This document shows positions 9,879 to 20,281 of a stretch of 64,000 nucleotides of DNA, piece by piece. Source of the stretch: Candidatus Latescibacterota bacterium (GTDB lineage: Bacteria > Latescibacterota > UBA2968 > SICM01). Position 1 is the stretch's first letter. Every line of letters begins with the position of its first letter. The position numbers were made by a program, and so were the translations under genes. Where the stretch lies: the NCBI GenBank assembly GCA_965217865.1, contig CBDCJO010000002.1, positions 3,520,001 to 3,584,000 on the forward strand, read 5' to 3'. Under the pieces are notes generated by a model, which ran no database searches, was not told where the DNA came from, and saw nothing but the letters and a program-made list of their open reading frames with translations.

Positions 9879-11258
9879 GAGCTACATTCGAAAGGTGTGG
9901 AAAAAGAGAGAAGGCGACCCTAAACTTCCCGTGAGATAGAAATATCCGCAAGATGCCGGGTGATTGGCCCGGTGGGAAGGAGGATCGCCGTGAAGAAACA
10001 TACGTCAGACACACCGTGTTTGTCCATCCCTACCTGGGAGACCCTGGAAGGGTGGATTCGAGATGAGATCGAGGTGCGCATCCAGTCCATTGCCGAGGAG
10101 GAAGTGACCCAGTTCCTGGGACGGGGGTGGTATGAGCGTAAGGGAACTGTCGATGCGGCCCCCGGTTATCGCAACGGCTACGGGAAGCTGCGCCGATTGT
10201 CGACCTCTTGTGGCACGATAAAGATCAAGCGGCCCCGTGTTCGTGGATTGAAGGAGCGCTTCGAGAGCCGGATCCTGCCCTTGTTCGCGCGTCGCACAAA
10301 AGAGGTGGGAGAACTGCTCCCAGAACTTTATTCTGCACGGTCTGGCTCAAGGCGACTTCGAGCTGGCCTTGCGGGGTCTGCCCGGAGATGGAGCGCCGCT
10401 GTCTTCATCGTCGATTGCCCGACTCCGCGGCCAATGGGAAACCGACTACCAGACCTGGCAGGAACGACGCCTGGATGATCGCGAGCTGGTCTACGCCTGG
10501 GCAGACGGCATCTATGTCAAAGCCGGCCTGGAGAAGGATAAGGCGTGCCTGCTGGTCATCATCGGCGCAATGAGCGATGGCCGCAAAGAGGTTCTCGCCC
10601 TGGTGTCCGGCTACCGAGAGTCCACCGAGTCCTGGCTGGAGGTCCTCAGAGACCTGCGCGATCGTGGCCTGAGCCCCCCTGTCCTCGTCGTCGCCGACGG
10701 CAATATGGGCATCTGGTTCGCAGTCAATCAGGTCTGGCCACACACCCGGCAAAAGCGGTGCTGGAACCACAAAATCCTCAACGTAGTCAACCAGATCCAT
10801 AAACGCCAACAGGCCCAGGCTCGGGCGTTGCTCGTTCAGATCCCCTACGCCTACACCCTTCGGGATGCCGGGAAGATCCGCAGGCAGTTCATCGCACGAT
10901 ATCAAGACCCGTTCCCGAAGGCAGTCAAGACCCTTGATCGAGACTGGGATCGTATGCTTACCCTCTTCGACTTCCCAAAACCACACTGGAGGCACCTGAG
11001 AACGACCAATGTCGTCGAAAGCCCGTTTGCCTCCGTCCGCCTCAGAACCAACGCGGCCAAGCGATACAAGAAGGTCGCTGCGGCAAGTGCTCTGATCTGG
11101 CGCACGCTGATGGTCGCTGAGAAACGCTTCCGACGACTTGATGCACCCCATCTGATGCCGGATGTCTACGCACAGCACCACCGTAAAAACAAGATCACTA
11201 TCGACTCGGGAGAGAAGCTGGCCGCCTGACCTTTTTACACACCTCTTGACGAGAGCTC
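9879..11258 (+). mobile_element. IS256-family element; transposase (~9990-11229) frameshifted near 10330
   Basis: GYRNGY...RPRVR...YAWADGIY...LVVADG...RCWNHK...HLRTTNVVES motifs; imperfect IRs gagctacattcgaaaggtgtggaaaaag / ctttttacacacctcttgacgagagctc. Confidence 0.9.
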
Positions 11259-11295
11259 ACATGTAGCAGTTTTATGACCACTATATTGGAAGCTC

Positions 11296-13215
11296 ATGTG
11301 TATGGGACGGACCCCGGAATTGACGCCTGACCGGATGCAAGCGATTCGCGAAGGCCTTGGTCTCACGCAGGAGGAAGCTGGCAGGCTCTTGGGAGGCGGT
11401 CCACGGGCCTTCACCAAGTACGAAGCCGGGAGCCTGAAACCGAGGGCCGCTGCGATCAATCTGCTGCGCGTACTGGAGCTATATCCCGACGCGCTTGGGG
11501 TTCTTCGAGGAGGCGAGCTTCATCCCGCGAGTTCTCGGGTCCCCGCCCCGTTCGAGGTGGAATCCGACGACATTGCTTCGCTTGGGCCTCCTGCTTTTCC
11601 CAATCTCCTGCGACAACTCCTCTCTGCTGAGGCCCGAGAGTACGGCCTTCCCCAAGACGGCATCCGCGTCGCCAGCAACATCCATGTCCCCGATGGAGGG
11701 GAGGACGGGCGAATCTCATGGCGGGGCCGTCCCGAGCGCACTCCATTCCTGCCGTCCCGGCTATGTCAGTTTCAGTTGAAGGTCGGCAAGATAGAGCCCG
11801 CTCGGGCGGGCAACGATGTCCTGACGAACGGAACCGAAGTGAAGGCAATGGTCCGCTCGGTCCTTGAGCGGGGCGGACACTACATCATGCTCTGCGCGCA
11901 GCCCTATAACCAACGGCAGGTAGAGGCGCGGCAGCGTGGCATCTGTGACGCTCTGAGGAAGGCCGGATTGTCGGTTCCGGATCACCTGGTCAGCTTTTGG
12001 GAAGCCGATCAAATCGCCGCGTGGGTGAATACCCACCAATCGGTTGCCCTCTGGGTCAGGGAAGAGGTGGGGCTTGGGACGCTCGGCGGCTTTACTTCGT
12101 GGAACCATTGGAAGGGCCGGAGCGAGCACTCTGTGCGATGGGTAGACGATCCCCGACTGGCCGACCTGCGCCGCACGATTCGGGACAAGGTGACGGAGTC
12201 CGGCGCGGTTCTCCGGGTGGTCGGGTTGTCGGGTATCGGCAAGTCGCGGCTCTGTCTCGAGGCACCGAAGAGAGTCGGCGAAGACGAAATTGTCGGCGCT
12301 CGCTTCGGGACTTCGTCATGTACGCAGTACAGTCTGAAGTGGGTGCGGAAGCGATTCATCCCATCGTCGAAAACTGGCCGTCTCCGGCGGACGCGCCGTC
12401 GTGGTCGTGGACGACTGCGATGCGCGAGGACATGCCATCTTGGCCGGGATAGTGTCGCGCCCGGGCAGCCGCCTATCACTGGTCGCATCGATATGAGATT
12501 CCCTCTCATATCGATGCGACTACCATCAAGATTGACGAGGCCCCGGCGACTGTCATCGAACCCATCGTCGACCATGTCGCTGCAACACTGGATCGTCACC
12601 CCCTTGCACGCCTCTCACGGGGATTCCCGGAAGTTGCAATCCGAATCGCCAACGAATCTGATACGAGGGGACACCTCACCTATCCGGCCGACGACCACCT
12701 TATTGACGAATTCGTCTGCGGTCGTAGGCCCACGGACAGGCGCTGTTGCTCCAATCGGCCAACTGCTCGCGGCGTTCGGACCGGTAAGAGTAGAGCCTGC
12801 GGAAGAGGCATACCTCGGCACGTTTCAAACGGTCGGAACGGAATCCTCAACCGAAGAACATCTCGCGAGGATTGCCGACCTCGGTCGCCAACCCGCCCGC
12901 GATGACCTGTACACAGGAATCCAACGACTCGTCCAACGAGGCGTAGTCAAGCGTAGAGGAGGGCTCGGGACGATTCAACCGCGTCCAATCGCCGTCAGGC
13001 TCGCGGAACGACAGTGGAGGAAATGGGATAAGAGGAAGTGGGACCGGGTGCTATCGGGCGACATCGGCTCGGACCTAAGTGTCTCGGCGGCCCGGCGCCT
13101 CGCTGAACTGAATGCTTCGGAGATAGCCAACAAAGTGGTGGATCACGTCTGCCGGGAGGGCGGGGACTTCGACCGAGTCGATGGGATTGTCCTTCAAAGT
13201 CGTGTGAAGGTGCTT
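11296..13215 (+). pseudogene. MqsA-like HTH + REase-like domain + P-loop ATPase (STAND/Avs-like), multiply frameshifted and truncated
   Basis: IREGLGLTQEEAGRLLGGGPRAFTKYEAG; DGGEDG...FQLK; VLRVVGLSGIGKSRL; the frame is lost between ~12290 and 12760, with a Walker-B-like VVVVDDC in another frame. Confidence 0.7.
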
Positions 13216-13473
13216 TCAGGCGATGATCCACCACCACACGCCCTACAATGTGGAGTACGTCAACATCTTCCCGTTCGACGCAACGACCGTTTCGATTAGC
13301 GGCAAGAACGCGAACCTCGACAGCAACTCTACCATTGCACACGACGCTCAGGACAGGCGGGCTGGGTCGCGCGACCCTGCTCGGTAGCACGAAGCGCAGT
13401 TAAGGTCGACTGTCAATGCGGACAAGAAGGATCAAGGGAGGCTGAGCGATTGGGCCAGGGGATTCACAGGCAA

Positions 13474-14826
13474 ATGGTACGTAGTATTGCGGTCGTCGAA
13501 GATCACGATGCGTTTCAGCATGAGCACCACTTCCGCTCCGCAACCTCCCTTCTCGACCCGTTGTCGGCACCGATGCTGTCGCAATTCCGCCGCGTGGTGC
13601 GCACTCGATACGAGGATGGAAAACCTCGCCTGCTCTGCGCCAAATGCAGCAAGCCGGTCTATGTCTCCCTGTCCGGAGCCGGTCACGCGGATCAGCGAGA
13701 CGGGCGGGACGCCTTCTTCGCCCACCACGCCGGCACGGCGGACGAGTGCGCATGGGGCAGTGGAGGTGAGAATCCCCGAGACATTGACCGCCTGAAATAC
13801 GGCGGCGCACCCGAGGGCGTTCAGCATCAACGGCTCAAGACAATGCTGGCTTCCATGCTGGATGCGGACGCAGCCTTCAGTAACATCGTGGTTGAACAGG
13901 TCATCAGCCGTCCGCCGCAATGGCGAAAGCCGGACGTGATGGCGTCGTTTCTCGATGGTCTAATTGCCTTCGATCTTCAACTGGCAACAACACAGCTCCC
14001 GACGATTGTAGGCCGCGAGACATTCTATGAAAGGAACGGTATCCGGTATGTGTGGGTGACGAGTACGGACGACCCGCACAGCTTGGCACGGCAGACATTC
14101 CAGGACATCTACTGGAACAACGACGCACAGATTTTCAAGGTCGATGCGCATGCCGAAGCCGTCACCCTGGAATGGCGTGAGTTGCACCTATGGGCAATGT
14201 CGGTCGCCCCGAGACTCGATGATAATGGGCTTCGGTCCGTGTGGGAGCGTCGGTTGGTGGCCAGAAGCGAGATCGACTGGGGCACCACATCACGGCGCCC
14301 GCGTTTTTCAGACGCGAATTTCGACACTGCCTTCCGCAAGCTCGTGACCGAACGGTTCGCAGCCCCGAGTCAGCGGCTGATCAACGCGGCGAGTCAGCTG
14401 GAGCATATCGTGAACCGAGAAGCAGGACATGCGTGGGATGAAATCGCGGGCGCGGTAGGCGCACCACGGTGGATCGAAACCGACACAGACAGGGTCTTCA
14501 AGGCGATTGGAGTGCTGGCCTCGGCCGCCACCGGCAAAAAGATGGATGCTTCCAGATACGCACCCGAGGCGCTGACGGCAATGTTCAACCAGTTTCTGGA
14601 GACAACTCCCTGCCGTGGCTGGACGGCTATGCTTCAGCAAGTCGCCACCGCGTACGGCAACGCGGCGCTACTCTCGGCAGCTTCGACACAGGCGAAGATC
14701 ACGCGCAACTTGGGAGAAGACCATCCCGACCTTCAACGCCGGTATGCCGCCATGCTGGACATCATTTTCCCGAAAACCGCCCTCGCCCGTCTTAGCGGTC
14801 CGCCGAGCGAGATTGTCGATGTATAA
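13474..14826 (+). CDS. DUF6035/CoiA-like protein with Zn-binding N-terminus and PD-(D/E)xK-like domain
   Basis: LLCAKCSKPV...FFAHH...C; WRKPDV...IAFDLQLATT...RETFY...YVWV. Confidence 0.65.
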   Translation: MVRSIAVVEDHDAFQHEHHFRSATSLLDPLSAPMLSQFRRVVRTRYEDGKPRLLCAKCSKPVYVSLSGAGHADQRDGRDAFFAHHAGTADECAWGSGGENPRDIDRLKYGGAPEGVQHQRLKTMLASMLDADAAFSNIVVEQVISRPPQWRKPDVMASFLDGLIAFDLQLATTQLPTIVGRETFYERNGIRYVWVTSTDDPHSLARQTFQDIYWNNDAQIFKVDAHAEAVTLEWRELHLWAMSVAPRLDDNGLRSVWERRLVARSEIDWGTTSRRPRFSDANFDTAFRKLVTERFAAPSQRLINAASQLEHIVNREAGHAWDEIAGAVGAPRWIETDTDRVFKAIGVLASAATGKKMDASRYAPEALTAMFNQFLETTPCRGWTAMLQQVATAYGNAALLSAASTQAKITRNLGEDHPDLQRRYAAMLDIIFPKTALARLSGPPSEIVDV

Positions 14827-14841
14827 ATCTCTGTCGGCCAG

Positions 14842-15034
14842 TATCGTGTCCCAAAGATTCCTTCAATAATTCCTCGGATAAAGCGGTCTATAAACCCTGA
14901 ACGGAGCGAAGGATCTCTATGTCCCGAACTATCAGACAGTTGGTGCGATCTTCGCTCGCTGGCTCTCGATCAAAATGACTGCCACCGCTACGTTTTTGGA
15001 GACTTTCTTTGTAAGGAACTTCCGGGATACGACA
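14842..15034. mobile_element. MITE, degenerate copy (see 32040-32231)
   Basis: About 190 bp highly similar to 32040-32231, with terminal IR tatcgtgtccc...gggatacgaca. Confidence 0.88.
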
Positions 15035-15439
15035 CTGATCTTTGGCGGGCGATTTTAACCTGCCTCTTTGAACTGAAGAGCCAAGAAATACCGACCATCA
15101 TCGACAAATCCGGCTTGACAGTTGACTGGAATCTTACCGAAAGAGAAAATTATTTGCACACTTACCACAAAATGGCTTTTCGACCACGGATCAACCGCGC
15201 GTACGATGCTTTGACCAATGACAACAAGTTGCGGGTTTCCTTCATCGTCTGCGAGGAACTCGTCCAAAAAGGTTTAGAGGAAAAACTCAACGTAGCCTTG
15301 GCCCAAGTAGGTTGGTAAACTGATGAAGGCCACCTTTCGACGAAAAGCGAAACGGTGCGGGAGCTATTTTTTCCTCCGAGCACCCAGCACGATGCTTATT
15401 CTGTTGCCACGTGTAACCTCTTTTCGTTAACTACCGAAA

Positions 15440-16030
15440 GTAATCCCCCGGCTTTTCCGGGGAGACTCCCAGAGTTTGACAGTTCCGCGGAAATGAGAGA
15501 GAGCCTTTCCTCTGTGAACCGCCCAAAGTTCATAGAAAGGAAGGCTCTCGATAGACGACTTCCAAAGCCTACGTCACACGGTCTGGGCGTGCAAGTATCA
15601 CGTTGTATGGATTCCGAAATATCGTAGGAAAACGCTCTACGGGGAGCTTCGACGGTACCTGGGAGAAGTGATTCGGGACCTTGCCCGACAGAGAGCGAGT
15701 AGCGTCGAGAAGGGCCACATGAGACCAGATCACGTCCACACGTTGATCTCGATTCCACCCAAGTATGCGGTTTCGCAAGTCGTTGGGTACATCAAAGGGA
15801 AGAGTGCCATCCACATCGCCCGGCACTATCTCGGTCGTCGGTTGAACTTCACCGGACAGCATTTCTGGGCAAGGGGCTATTGGCTCTCAACGGTTGGCAA
15901 AGATGAGGAGGCGATCCGGAAATACATCCGCGATCAGGAGAAAGAGGACCGTCGCCTCGAGCAACTCAACATCTTCAGGTAGAAGCCACCTTCAGGTGGC
16001 GCCAAGGTTTTCAACTGCTTTGAGCGGTTT
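15440..16030 (+). mobile_element. tnpA: IS200-type element; HUH/Y1 TnpA at 15551-15982 with start codon mutated to ATA
   Basis: (I)DDFQSLRHTVWACKYHVVWIPKYRRK...PDHVH...IKGKS...FWARGY...YIRDQ; end hairpins cccccggcttttccgggg and gccaccttcaggtggc. Confidence 0.9.
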
Positions 16031-16033
16031 ACT

Positions 16034-16660
16034 ATGGATGAATCAAGCAGCCGGAATCCAGATAGAGAGATCGTTCAAGGCCTAAGGGAGAGCTCGCATT
16101 ATGCCTTGTCCAGATTTGAAAGGAGATATCGAGATCGGCTATACGACTATGCTTTAGCTAGACTAATGGATAGAGATGAGGCTGCTTCGATTGTCAGCGA
16201 CACACTTTTGCAGATAGTCAACTCTCTCGATAGCTTTGATTTTAAGAACTCTGATAATGACTTCCGAAGCTGGGTTTTCCAGATCTGTAATCGAAAAATT
16301 ATCGATGCAGCAAGACGCAGAAAGCGAGAGCATGGGCAAGCCACCCTGATCAGTCTTGATCTGGAGACTGAGGATGAAAAAGGAGAATCCCATAATCCTG
16401 TCCAATTAGAAGTTGATCGTCAGATAACAGAGGAATACTATCGTGAGTCCGTTGAAAATTCAGATACTCTCAAGAAAGAGACAAAGCAGTTTATTCAGAG
16501 CCTAAACCCGAAGGATAGAATAATCCTTTCTTCATGCTTGGATGAAGTTCCTCACAAGGAAGTTGCTGAATATGTTGAGATGACACCCAACAATGTCAAA
16601 GTACGTTTCCACCGAATCAAAGAACGCTTTATTCAGCGCTTACATCAAAAGGAGGCCTGA
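16034..16660 (+). CDS. ECF-type sigma-70 factor
   Basis: Region 2 (RYRDRLYDYA...FRSWVFQICNRKIID) and region 4 (SLNPKDRIIL...HKEVAEYVEMTPNNVKVRFHR). Confidence 0.9.
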   Translation: MDESSSRNPDREIVQGLRESSHYALSRFERRYRDRLYDYALARLMDRDEAASIVSDTLLQIVNSLDSFDFKNSDNDFRSWVFQICNRKIIDAARRRKREHGQATLISLDLETEDEKGESHNPVQLEVDRQITEEYYRESVENSDTLKKETKQFIQSLNPKDRIILSSCLDEVPHKEVAEYVEMTPNNVKVRFHRIKERFIQRLHQKEA

Positions 16661-16663
16661 GCA

Positions 16664-17284
16664 ATGGATGAAAAGAAAATCAATATAGATGAATTTCTCA
16701 GATCTATAAACTCTGAGCTTCCTGTTGATGAGGATTACTTGGACTTCTTCATGTCTCGTGAGCCCAAAGAGAAAATGCCAGAACATCATGTTGAGAAACT
16801 ATCCAGTGATCTGAGAGAATCTCAAGAGAAACGTCATAGACTAAACCAAAGGATGTCATTTCCTGAAAAGTTAGTATCACTTGGAGAATACCTGCAGCTC
16901 CTGAAGGAGAAACTCGACCTGGAAAGAAAGGGAAAGGCTCTCGCGTCTTTCCTAGGTGTTGAATCTGATTTGATTCCAAAGTTAGAGACAAATACGGTCT
17001 CAATAGTGTCAATACCATTGCGTGAATTATATTCCATGGGTCGTAGCATAGGACTGAATACTGGCACCTACCTTGAACTTCTTAGGAAGTCACATAGGCT
17101 TCACAACATCGGACCTAGATATAAAGGAGCTGCCAGGTATGATTCTAGGGAGGGAACCAAAGGGAAGGAGCAATCAATGAAAATCGCCTATGAGGAGCTG
17201 CTTCTCAAAGGTAAAGCAGAAGAAAGAGATAATGATCTGGAATCGCATCTGCACGCTCTGAGAGAGATGTTGGAAAAGAGCTAA
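16664..17284 (+). CDS. Hypothetical cytoplasmic protein with XRE-like HTH; putative anti-sigma factor
   Basis: 3 bp after the sigma stop, GGAGG RBS; SLGEYLQLLKE...ALASFLGVESDLIPKLE; no transmembrane segment. Confidence 0.6.
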   Translation: MDEKKINIDEFLRSINSELPVDEDYLDFFMSREPKEKMPEHHVEKLSSDLRESQEKRHRLNQRMSFPEKLVSLGEYLQLLKEKLDLERKGKALASFLGVESDLIPKLETNTVSIVSIPLRELYSMGRSIGLNTGTYLELLRKSHRLHNIGPRYKGAARYDSREGTKGKEQSMKIAYEELLLKGKAEERDNDLESHLHALREMLEKS

Positions 17285-17775
17285 TGGAAGAACTCCCAAG
17301 GAAAAGAACAGGCTACTGCAGGATGGCAGCGCGGAGTCTGCTTTCGAGATACAGCAAAGGAGCAGGTGATATCAGACCGCCAATTCCTGTCTGTGATATA
17401 GCTAAGTTTAATGGCTATAAGGTGGTGCTCCTTGAAACACTGACGGACAAACACTCGGCCATTGTGGACTTGCATGAGAAACTTATTGGAGTGAATAAGA
17501 AGCATCACTCACACAGGAGAAGGTTCTCCATAGGCCACGAACTCGGCCACATCTATCTTGAACATCCTTCGGAAGACGAGCAATCTGAAGAGGAAGTGAA
17601 GTATTTTAACCTCGAAGCGAACGAATTCGCCGGTGAGCTACTTGTACCTCTACATTATCTGAAACTCGAATTAAAGCAATGCAAGAATATGGATCAGCTT
17701 GCGAATCATTTCAACGTGAGTCCCGAAGTGGTATTCAGGAGGATCTCTTCCCAAGGGCTGTTGTCATACATATAG
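17284..17775 (+). CDS. ImmA/IrrE-family Zn metallopeptidase
   Basis: RRRFSIGHELGH (HExxH)...EANEFAGELLVP...LANHFNVS; TAATG translational coupling. Confidence 0.92.
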   Translation: MEELPRKRTGYCRMAARSLLSRYSKGAGDIRPPIPVCDIAKFNGYKVVLLETLTDKHSAIVDLHEKLIGVNKKHHSHRRRFSIGHELGHIYLEHPSEDEQSEEEVKYFNLEANEFAGELLVPLHYLKLELKQCKNMDQLANHFNVSPEVVFRRISSQGLLSYI

Positions 17776-17804
17776 TCTTGTAAATTAGTTAGTTAATGGG
17801 ATAA

Positions 17805-17839
17805 GGCCGCGTTCTCTCGGGAGCGCGGCCGTTCCTTTT
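17805..17839 (+). terminator. Putative intrinsic terminator
   Basis: GGCCGCGTTC/GAGCGCGGCC stem followed by gttcctttt. Confidence 0.55.
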
Positions 17840-18330
17840 GTCCGGGGTGTAACCCGGTTTCGTTTATATAAGTATAAGGTTCGGAAACCGCCGCGACAAG
17901 AACAACACCATGCTGGCCGAAATTGCATCCGGAAGATTTCCGGCAAAAGTGGATAAGGTAGACAGCGTCACTTCCGCGCTGCCCTCATTTCTTCATCTGC
18001 GCGGCGACTCCCGAAGGCAGGCTGAGCCTTCGCTAAAGGACATCCATCGTCCGTTTCCGGGTTCCGCTCTCGCAATCGATTAACTGAATGTCGGGACGGA
18101 TCCAGCAATAGAGCTTCGAAAGGGCGGCCGCGGTTCGTACGGCCGAGGGGTACTGCCACTATACGGAGATCATGCCGGACGAGCCGGGGTTCAGGCCGGA
18201 TTTCGTGGTGGCCGGCAGCACGGAGCGCGGGAATTCACCGCCGCCTCGGCGAACATCGGATCGCTATGATGCGCAATAGGATCGAGTTGTTCGAATTCCC
18301 CTTAACTTTCCACAACCGGAGAAACAACCT

Positions 18331-18579
18331 ATGAATGGTGACACGCAAATTATCGTGAGTGGTCGTGAGTACAAGGTCTCTGGCAATGTTGTGACCTACG
18401 AGCAGGTCGTGAAGATCTGGAACGAGCTCCATGATGCAGAGAACAAGCACATCATCGGCACGCCCGGCATCGACTACGAAGACAGCCTGAAAGGCGAGGA
18501 CGGTGTCCTCCTGCCGGGCAAGGACGTTGAAGTCAAGGACGGCACGAGCTTCTCGGTAGACCCCGAGCATGTCTCGTGA
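18331..18579 (+). CDS. Multi-ubiquitin-type (beta-grasp) ubiquitin-like protein
   Basis: QIIVSGRE...VTYEQVV...G.LLPGKDVEVKDGTSFSV pattern; GGAG RBS; GTGA overlap with the E1 gene. Confidence 0.75.
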   Translation: MNGDTQIIVSGREYKVSGNVVTYEQVVKIWNELHDAENKHIIGTPGIDYEDSLKGEDGVLLPGKDVEVKDGTSFSVDPEHVS

Positions 18580-19757
18580 GGGACCGTCTCTTCACGTTCG
18601 CTGAGCAGGCCGGGTTTGCCGTCAGGGTCGATTCCGACGTCGTCCTGGCCGTCCGGGTTCCTTGTCTGCTTGCAGACGGGGTTGTTGGCACTTGTACCAT
18701 TGAGAAGTCCTACGACCCTATGAACGGGAAACCGAATGACCGGATAGGTGGCGCAGTCCATGCGGTGCGGATCACCGCTGACGAAGAGCACGACGGGCGC
18801 GTGTACCACGCGGACGGGAACCCGATTGAGAGCTACATCGCCGGCGACGGCAAGACCTGGTCGAACATCTCCATCCGGAAAGGTAGCCAAAACAGCCCGG
18901 AGGAGGACGTGTCGGCGAGCGACTTGATCCACCGCTATGCGAAGCAGATCGTCGGGGCCGTGTCGGCGGACGGCTACTCCGAAACCGCTTCTCTCGGGAG
19001 GCGGGGTCCGTTCAAGATCCCGAACACTTTCGAGGCACGAGCGGCGATAGGCTCGGTTCAGGATCGCATCCGTGATCAGAGCATTGCGATCATCGGCTTG
19101 GGCGGAACGGGCGCCTACGTCCTAGACCTTATTGCGAAGACGCCAGTGGCGGAAATCCATCTTTTGGATTCCGACGACGTTGACTGGCACAACTTCATGC
19201 GCTCACCGGGCGCACCTACTGCCGAGGAGATTGAGTCGCGTCCCAAGGGGCGCCTGCGCAAAGTGGACTACTACCATTCCAAGTATGCCTCCCTCCGGGA
19301 AGGCATCCACCCGCACGCTGTTCGAGTGGACAGCCCGTCCATATTCGCCGAGTTTCTGTCGGCGCATCCCGTCGACTATGTCTTCGTGTGTATCGACCAA
19401 CTGACCGACGGCGATTCGCCGCGTCAGAACGTCGTCTACTGCGCGCTCTCAGCGGCGGAGGTCCCGTTCATAGACTCGGGTGTGAGCATTACGCTGGAAG
19501 ACCACGCCATCAGAGGGGCTGTGACGACGAGCGCCTATGCCGCAGGCTCTCGCGCGTGGAAGGATGCCATTCCGAATGCCAGAGTCGAGGGCAATGTCCC
19601 CGGCTACCGCAACGTCCAGCTGCCGGAAGTGAACGCGTTGGCGGCGTCGCTTGCCGTGATGGAGTGGCGGCGTCGCACGGAACAGTATGTTTCGGGGTCG
19701 GCTTCGTTCCTCCACAAGTTCCGGCTCGAGACGCCGTGCATTGTCACAGCAGACTGA
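18576..19757 (+). CDS. ThiF/E1-like adenylyltransferase with N-terminal E2-like (DUF6791-like) domain
   Basis: IAIIGLGGTGAYVLD, HLLDSD...HNFMRSPG, DYVFVCID, PFIDSG, NVQLPEVNALAASLAV. Confidence 0.88.
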   Translation: MRDRLFTFAEQAGFAVRVDSDVVLAVRVPCLLADGVVGTCTIEKSYDPMNGKPNDRIGGAVHAVRITADEEHDGRVYHADGNPIESYIAGDGKTWSNISIRKGSQNSPEEDVSASDLIHRYAKQIVGAVSADGYSETASLGRRGPFKIPNTFEARAAIGSVQDRIRDQSIAIIGLGGTGAYVLDLIAKTPVAEIHLLDSDDVDWHNFMRSPGAPTAEEIESRPKGRLRKVDYYHSKYASLREGIHPHAVRVDSPSIFAEFLSAHPVDYVFVCIDQLTDGDSPRQNVVYCALSAAEVPFIDSGVSITLEDHAIRGAVTTSAYAAGSRAWKDAIPNARVEGNVPGYRNVQLPEVNALAASLAVMEWRRRTEQYVSGSASFLHKFRLETPCIVTAD

Positions 19758-19766
19758 CTCGCAGGA

Positions 19767-20192
19767 ATGACGCCCGTGAAACTCCGCCCCGTCTTCGTAG
19801 ACGTATTGCCCGATTTTGACGCAATCAAAGCCGGTGAGCTCTGGATTAGCCACAAGTACCGGACTGTCAACCTGCGCTGCCCCTGCGGTTGCGGCGATCT
19901 GACAGTGCTGTCTCTCCACCCAAGCCGCTGGCACGTTCATTTCGATGGCAAGTCGGCCTCTCTGGACGGTCCTAGGGGTGGGTCCGTGTGGGCCAATTCC
20001 GGCTGCGGCAGCCACTACTTCATAAGGAACAACGCCGTCATTTGGGCGCGTAGAATCGATCCAGGCCGTCATTCGGAGTATGCCCAAGTCGAACGGACGC
20101 GGCTGATTGTGTCTCAACGGAGCCGTCTGGCTTGGCGCTCCTGGCTCAAAGGTGTTTTCCGCTGTCTGTCGCTAGGGAGTTGGCGTAAGTAG
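19767..20192 (+). CDS. DUF6527-family Cys/His metal-binding protein
   Basis: GELWISHKY...LRCPCGCG...W...SVW...GCGSHYFIRN. Confidence 0.8.
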   Translation: MTPVKLRPVFVDVLPDFDAIKAGELWISHKYRTVNLRCPCGCGDLTVLSLHPSRWHVHFDGKSASLDGPRGGSVWANSGCGSHYFIRNNAVIWARRIDPGRHSEYAQVERTRLIVSQRSRLAWRSWLKGVFRCLSLGSWRK

Positions 20193-20281
20193 AGCGCCGC
20201 ATTTCTTCTGGGTTGACCAGACGCGTGACCCGCGAGTGTGTGCTTGATTGCGTTCTAATCGGTACGTACATTGGGGTGATA

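Noticed and set aside
15040-15400. Coding-like stretch (...VGW*...FFPPSTQHDAY)
   Set aside because: Fragment between the MITE and IS200 with an internal stop; family not identifiable
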